Source: Gemmatimonadota bacterium
GTDB lineage: Bacteria > Gemmatimonadota > Gemmatimonadetes > Longimicrobiales > Gaopeijiaceae
Length of the DNA: 64,000 nucleotides
Assembly (NCBI GenBank): GCA_034521595.1
Contig: JAXHMG010000003.1
Coordinates: forward strand, 1,760,001 to 1,824,000
Reading direction: 5' to 3'
Shown here piece after piece: positions 58,924 to 64,000 of the stretch. Under the pieces are notes generated by a model, which had not been told where the DNA came from, made no database searches, and saw only the letters and a list, made by a program, of their open reading frames with translations. Within the stretch, counting starts at the first letter, position 1. Every line of letters starts with the position of its first letter. The position numbers and the translations under genes were made by a program.

Positions 58924-61167
58924 ATGCCACGCATCACGCTCCCCACCGTCGTCGCGACGCTCACGCTCCTCGCGCCCGCCTCGTCCACCGCCCAGCAGGA
59001 CGTGCAAGTCCCCCCGGGCGACGGCCCCGCCCCCATCGAGGATCTCGACGCCGCGCCCCGCCCGGAAGCCACGGCCGTGCGGGCCTCCGGAGCGATCGCG
59101 ATCGACGGGGTGCTCGACGACGACGCGTGGGCGGACGCCTCGGTGATCGATCGGTTCATCCAACAGAAGCCCGACCCGGGGCTGCCCGCGACCGAGCGCA
59201 CCGAAGTCCGGATCCTCTACGACGACGAGCACCTCTACATCGGAGCCGAGATGTTCGACTCCGATCCGTCGTCGCTCGTGATCCCCACCTTACAGCGCGA
59301 CCCCAACACCCGCGACGGAGATGCATTCGGCTTCACGCTCGACACGTTCCACGACGGGCAGAGCTCGTTCGCCTACTTCATCAACCCGGGCGGCGCGGTT
59401 CGCGACGTCCAGACCGACGACGACGGCCGCGTCAGCAACGCGGCATGGGAATCGGCCCACGAGGTGCAGACCCGCATCCACGAGCGAGGCTGGACGCTGG
59501 AGATGGCGATCCCGTGGTCGACGCTCCGGTTCGACGGGGGCCTGGAGGAGCAAGTGTGGGGCCTCAACCTGCTTCGCCGCATCCGGCGGAAGAACGAGGA
59601 CGCCACGTGGGCGCCGATGGACCGCCGGTGGGCGCTCTACGTGATGTCACGTGCGGGCACCCTGTCCGGCCTGGACGGCATAACGCCCGGACGCAACCTC
59701 TCGGTAAAGCCGTTCCTCGTGGGCAGCCACCCCTCCGGCTCGCTCCAGGCTCAGGCCGGCACGGAGCTCGACGCCGGCGGCGACCTCAAATACGGACTCA
59801 CGCCGGGACTCACGCTCGACCTCACGGCCAACACCGACTTCAGTCAGGTCGAAGTGGATCAGCAGCAGGTGAACCTCACCCGCTTCTCACTCTTCTTCCC
59901 GGAGAAGCGGGAGTTCTTCCTCGAGAACTCGGGACTCTTCCAGTTCGGGGACCAGGGCCAGTACAGCCAGCGCAACGGGGCCACCAACCGCGATTTCACC
60001 CTCTTCCACTCGCGCCGCATCGGGCTCACGCCGAGCGGAGCGCCGCTCCCCATCCTCGCCGGCGGACGCATGAGCGGCACCGCGGGCCCGGTGTCGGTGG
60101 GGCTGCTCAACGTGCAGACCCGTGAAGAGGACGGCTTCGAGCCGGAGAACTTCACGGTGGCCCGCCTGAGGGGCGAGCCCGCTCCGGGCCTCACCACCGG
60201 CGGCATCTTCGTCGACCGCCGCGCGACCTCGAGCTCTTCGGCAGCCAACCGATCCTGGGGCGTGGATCTGAGCTGGGAAGCCCTGGACAACTATCTCCTG
60301 GTGCAGTCGTACCTGGCCGGGACGGACGCGACCCGGGCCGACGGCACGGAGCTCGACGGAGGAACCGCCGGGCGAATCTCGGCGGCGTGGCGCGATCCCT
60401 TCTGGGAGATCGAGACGCTCTACCGCCAGTTCGACGACACCTTCGATCCGGGCGTCGGGTTCGTGCGCCGTCGGGGGATCCGGCACGGCTACGGCACGGT
60501 GGGCGTGCGCCCCCGCGTGGCGTGGGGCCCGCTGCAGCAGCTCAACCCGTACGTCGAGACGCACTACTTCGCCGACCTCGAGGGGGTCCTGGAAACTCGA
60601 GAGCTCCGGGGCGGGCTCGACGTGGACTTCGACGACGGGGGCACGGCGGGCGTGAGCGTGACCGACCGGTTCGAGCGGGTACCGTCGGCGTTTACCGTGC
60701 GGGGGGCGACCGTCTCCACGGGCGCCTACGCGTTCCGGGAAGCCGAAGCCTCGTACACGGCGAGCCGGGCCCGCGCGCTCTCGGGGGAGTTCTCGGTCGG
60801 CGGAGGCGGCTACTTCGGCGGCGAACGTCTCTCCGTCCGCGGCAGCGTCCTCGGACGGCTCGGTTACACGGCGCTCCTCGATCTCTCCGCCGAGCACAAC
60901 CGGATCGACCTTCCCGGACAAGCGCCGGTCACGGCCGACGTGTACGGCGCCAAGCTGGACCTCTTCTTCTCGACTCGGCTGCTCACGAGCGCGTTCGTCC
61001 AGTACAACGAGGCCACCGAGGAGCTGATCACCAACGTTCGCTTCAACTGGATCCACGCGCCGCTGTCCGACCTCTACCTGGTGCTGACCGAACGGCGCGA
61101 CACCGCGGCCGGCGAGGTCCTGGAGCGCCTGCTCAGCCTCAAGGTGACGAAGCTGATCTCGTTCTAG
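58924..61167 (+). CDS. CBM9-like / DUF5916 exported protein (probable beta-barrel)
   Basis: Signal peptide; IDGVLDD..W, GWTLEMAIPW, NTDFSQVEVD, FFPEKREFFLE, FHSRRIG; terminal Phe. Confidence 0.85.
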   Translation: MPRITLPTVVATLTLLAPASSTAQQDVQVPPGDGPAPIEDLDAAPRPEATAVRASGAIAIDGVLDDDAWADASVIDRFIQQKPDPGLPATERTEVRILYDDEHLYIGAEMFDSDPSSLVIPTLQRDPNTRDGDAFGFTLDTFHDGQSSFAYFINPGGAVRDVQTDDDGRVSNAAWESAHEVQTRIHERGWTLEMAIPWSTLRFDGGLEEQVWGLNLLRRIRRKNEDATWAPMDRRWALYVMSRAGTLSGLDGITPGRNLSVKPFLVGSHPSGSLQAQAGTELDAGGDLKYGLTPGLTLDLTANTDFSQVEVDQQQVNLTRFSLFFPEKREFFLENSGLFQFGDQGQYSQRNGATNRDFTLFHSRRIGLTPSGAPLPILAGGRMSGTAGPVSVGLLNVQTREEDGFEPENFTVARLRGEPAPGLTTGGIFVDRRATSSSSAANRSWGVDLSWEALDNYLLVQSYLAGTDATRADGTELDGGTAGRISAAWRDPFWEIETLYRQFDDTFDPGVGFVRRRGIRHGYGTVGVRPRVAWGPLQQLNPYVETHYFADLEGVLETRELRGGLDVDFDDGGTAGVSVTDRFERVPSAFTVRGATVSTGAYAFREAEASYTASRARALSGEFSVGGGGYFGGERLSVRGSVLGRLGYTALLDLSAEHNRIDLPGQAPVTADVYGAKLDLFFSTRLLTSAFVQYNEATEELITNVRFNWIHAPLSDLYLVLTERRDTAAGEVLERLLSLKVTKLISF

Positions 61168-61201
61168 AGAAAGAGGGGGCCCACCCGGCGGGTGGGCCCC
61201 C
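61166..61201 (-). terminator. Hairpin between convergent genes
   Basis: GGGGGCCCACCC-GGC-GGGTGGGCCCCC (61175-61201), followed by TCTTTCT on the minus strand. Confidence 0.75.
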
Positions 61202-61216
61202 GAGCCCACATTCGGG

Positions 61217-62035
61217 TCAGTCGTCGATCTCGATCTCGGTGAAGCCGTTCTCCATCTCCACCTCGAACTCGAGGATCCGTCCGGTGGAATCATAGTCCCA
61301 GCTCTGCAGCTCGAGCACCGAGCCGTCGGAGCGGCCGAACCAGATCTCCGGTCGGATGTCGATGGTGAGATCGGGATTCACGTCGCTCTCACCGACGACG
61401 AGCGGTGGAATCAGGTCACGCTCGACCTCGATCTCGGCCTCGAGAAAGACCCGAAAAGACGAGACCTCTCCGTCCGTCGACTCGAAGGACCCGGCCACGA
61501 GCGCGGTCGCCTCGTCGGGCCAGTCCGGGAACTCGTCCAGGATCTCCGCCCTGAGGGCTTCGATCTCGGCAGCGAACTCCGTGTCGTCCTCATCGTCCTC
61601 GAGGTCCTCGATCTCGAACTCGAGCTCGTCGTAGGTGTTGGGGGGGATGAGCCCCACGAAGGCCTCGACCGGTGTTCCGTCGAGCGGAAGGTCGAGGAAG
61701 CGCGGCGGCGCCTCGAAGTCAGCGCAGTCGTCACCTTCACCCTGGTCCTCGCAAGCGTCGTCGTCACCATCGAGCTCGACCTCGGCGACGATCAGCCGGA
61801 TCTCGTCGATCGTGAGCGTGCCGTTCGTGCCCTCCAGCGCGAGCGGCGGGCCCGCCACGCGCAGCGGGCCGCTGGTAGCGGCCGGGCCGCTCGTGGCTTG
61901 CGCCGACGACTCTGTGGAAACCTGGAAGTTGAGCGCGACCGCCGCGGGATCGTTCACTCCGATCGAGTCGTCGCACGCGGACAGCGTGAACGCCCCGAGA
62001 AGAAGCACGACCACTTTCGAAAGTGGGTGTCTCAT
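61217..62035 (-). CDS. Highly acidic hypothetical lipoprotein
   Basis: Lipobox LSAC; D/E-rich beta-type body; two Cys. Confidence 0.8.
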   Translation of the reverse strand: MRHPLSKVVVLLLGAFTLSACDDSIGVNDPAAVALNFQVSTESSAQATSGPAATSGPLRVAGPPLALEGTNGTLTIDEIRLIVAEVELDGDDDACEDQGEGDDCADFEAPPRFLDLPLDGTPVEAFVGLIPPNTYDELEFEIEDLEDDEDDTEFAAEIEALRAEILDEFPDWPDEATALVAGSFESTDGEVSSFRVFLEAEIEVERDLIPPLVVGESDVNPDLTIDIRPEIWFGRSDGSVLELQSWDYDSTGRILEFEVEMENGFTEIEIDD

Positions 62036-62094
62036 GAACCTGAGCTCCGTCGATTGAGGTGACGTTGAAGTTGGGTGGGTCGGAGCGAAGGAGT

Positions 62095-62110
62095 TGCAAC
62101 GGAGATGCCA
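62095..62110 (-). promoter_or_regulatory. sigma54 -24/-12 promoter
   Basis: Minus strand TGGCATCTCCGTTGCA (GG-N10-GC), 60 bp upstream of the lipoprotein start. Confidence 0.75.
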
Positions 62111-62238
62111 TGCGCGGGCAAGCCTCGACAAAACCTGTATATGCATTGACAGCAACATCTTAAACAACGCACCCATCCCCGACCCCCAGACCGCCACCTA
62201 CCCTCAAGCACTATTTGTATACCCACGCCGCGCCGTGT

Positions 62239-62255
62239 TGCATTATATTGGTGCA
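62239..62255. promoter_or_regulatory. NtrC-like enhancer site
   Basis: TGCATTATATTGGTGCA (TGCA-N9-TGCA), directly before the activator ATG. Confidence 0.6.
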
Positions 62256-63629
<1,374 letters not shown>

Positions 63630-63654
63630 GCCACGGCCGATCACGAAACAATCC

Positions 63655-63671
63655 TGCACCACTTCAGTGCA
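63655..63671. promoter_or_regulatory. NtrC-like enhancer site
   Basis: TGCACCACTTCAGTGCA (TGCA-N9-TGCA), about 96 bp upstream of a -24 element. Confidence 0.6.
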
Positions 63672-63766
63672 CGCAGCAGCGTTCGGCGGCGTCCGCCTCC
63701 GGATCGGGAGCGACAGAGAAGAGCGTAAGCCGCTGTATCGCCACGGGATACGCCACACCTCCTTCC

Positions 63767-63782
63767 TGGCACGGCACGTGCT
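63767..63782 (+). promoter_or_regulatory. sigma54 -24/-12 promoter
   Basis: TGGCACGGCACGTGCT (GG-N10-GC), 13 bp before ATG 63796. Confidence 0.65.
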
Positions 63783-63795
63783 TTCGAATGGCGGC

Positions 63796-64000
63796 ATGAA
63801 CCGCTTCACGATCGACGACCTGCGAGCCGCGCTGCCGGAGCTCGACGAGCTCCGCCCCCTGGTCGACTACCTCGTCGCTACTTCCGTGGCGGATCCGGAG
63901 CGGACCTGGTCCGGGTCGAGCGAGTTGGGTACGGCCGGGGATCGGCTGGTCGAGCCGCTGGACCTCGAGGAAGCGTCCGAGAGGCTGGCCCTGGAGGTTT
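63796..64000 (+). CDS. Hypothetical protein, 5' part (runs off window)
   Basis: MNRFTIDDLRAALPELDELRPLVDYLVATS..., open to the window end. Confidence 0.65.
   Translation, partial: MNRFTIDDLRAALPELDELRPLVDYLVATSVADPERTWSGSSELGTAGDRLVEPLDLEEASERLALEV

Noticed and set aside
62146..62175. Perfect TTGACA as a sigma70 -35 for the activator gene
   Set aside because: No plausible -10 element at 16-18 bp spacing.

Overview
High-GC bacterial chromosome segment. Gene content and style suggest Gemmatimonadota, possibly from a saline habitat (inference only). 1-9.2 kb: start of the dcw cluster on the minus strand (mraZ-rsmH-ftsL-ftsI-murE-murF-mraY-murD-ftsW'), with a sigma70 promoter and 10-bp-phased GTGG MraZ boxes. 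9.4-49.6 kb: mixed accessory genes, including a TPR protein, an ECF sigma/anti-sigma/3x DUF4097 operon, fdhD with a fused mobA-mobB, an HD-GYP regulator, nfeD-stomatin, a proVWX betaine transporter, many PAS/hybrid kinases, and folB with a fused folK-folP. 29.3-32.7 kb is a broken double hybrid kinase carrying a remnant of an ethylene-receptor-type membrane domain. 49.6-56 kb is an indel-riddled island that the ORF track largely misses. Stitching frames by hand gives HicB/HicA, a ~700-codon long-form HipA kinase gene with an operator-like inverted-repeat array, an Arc/FitA-PIN pair and AlkZ/methyltransferase chimeras. 56.6-64 kb: a PilB/GspE-like protein with a dead Walker A fused to an intact receiver, a DUF5916 protein, and a sigma54 activator with a pseudo-receiver. 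The activator is flanked on both sides by an NtrC-like 17-bp site plus a -24/-12 promoter. No rRNA, tRNA, CRISPR array or transposase was recognised. Many frameshifts are +1 insertions in short runs and may be long-read errors. All family calls come from motif recognition, not database searches.
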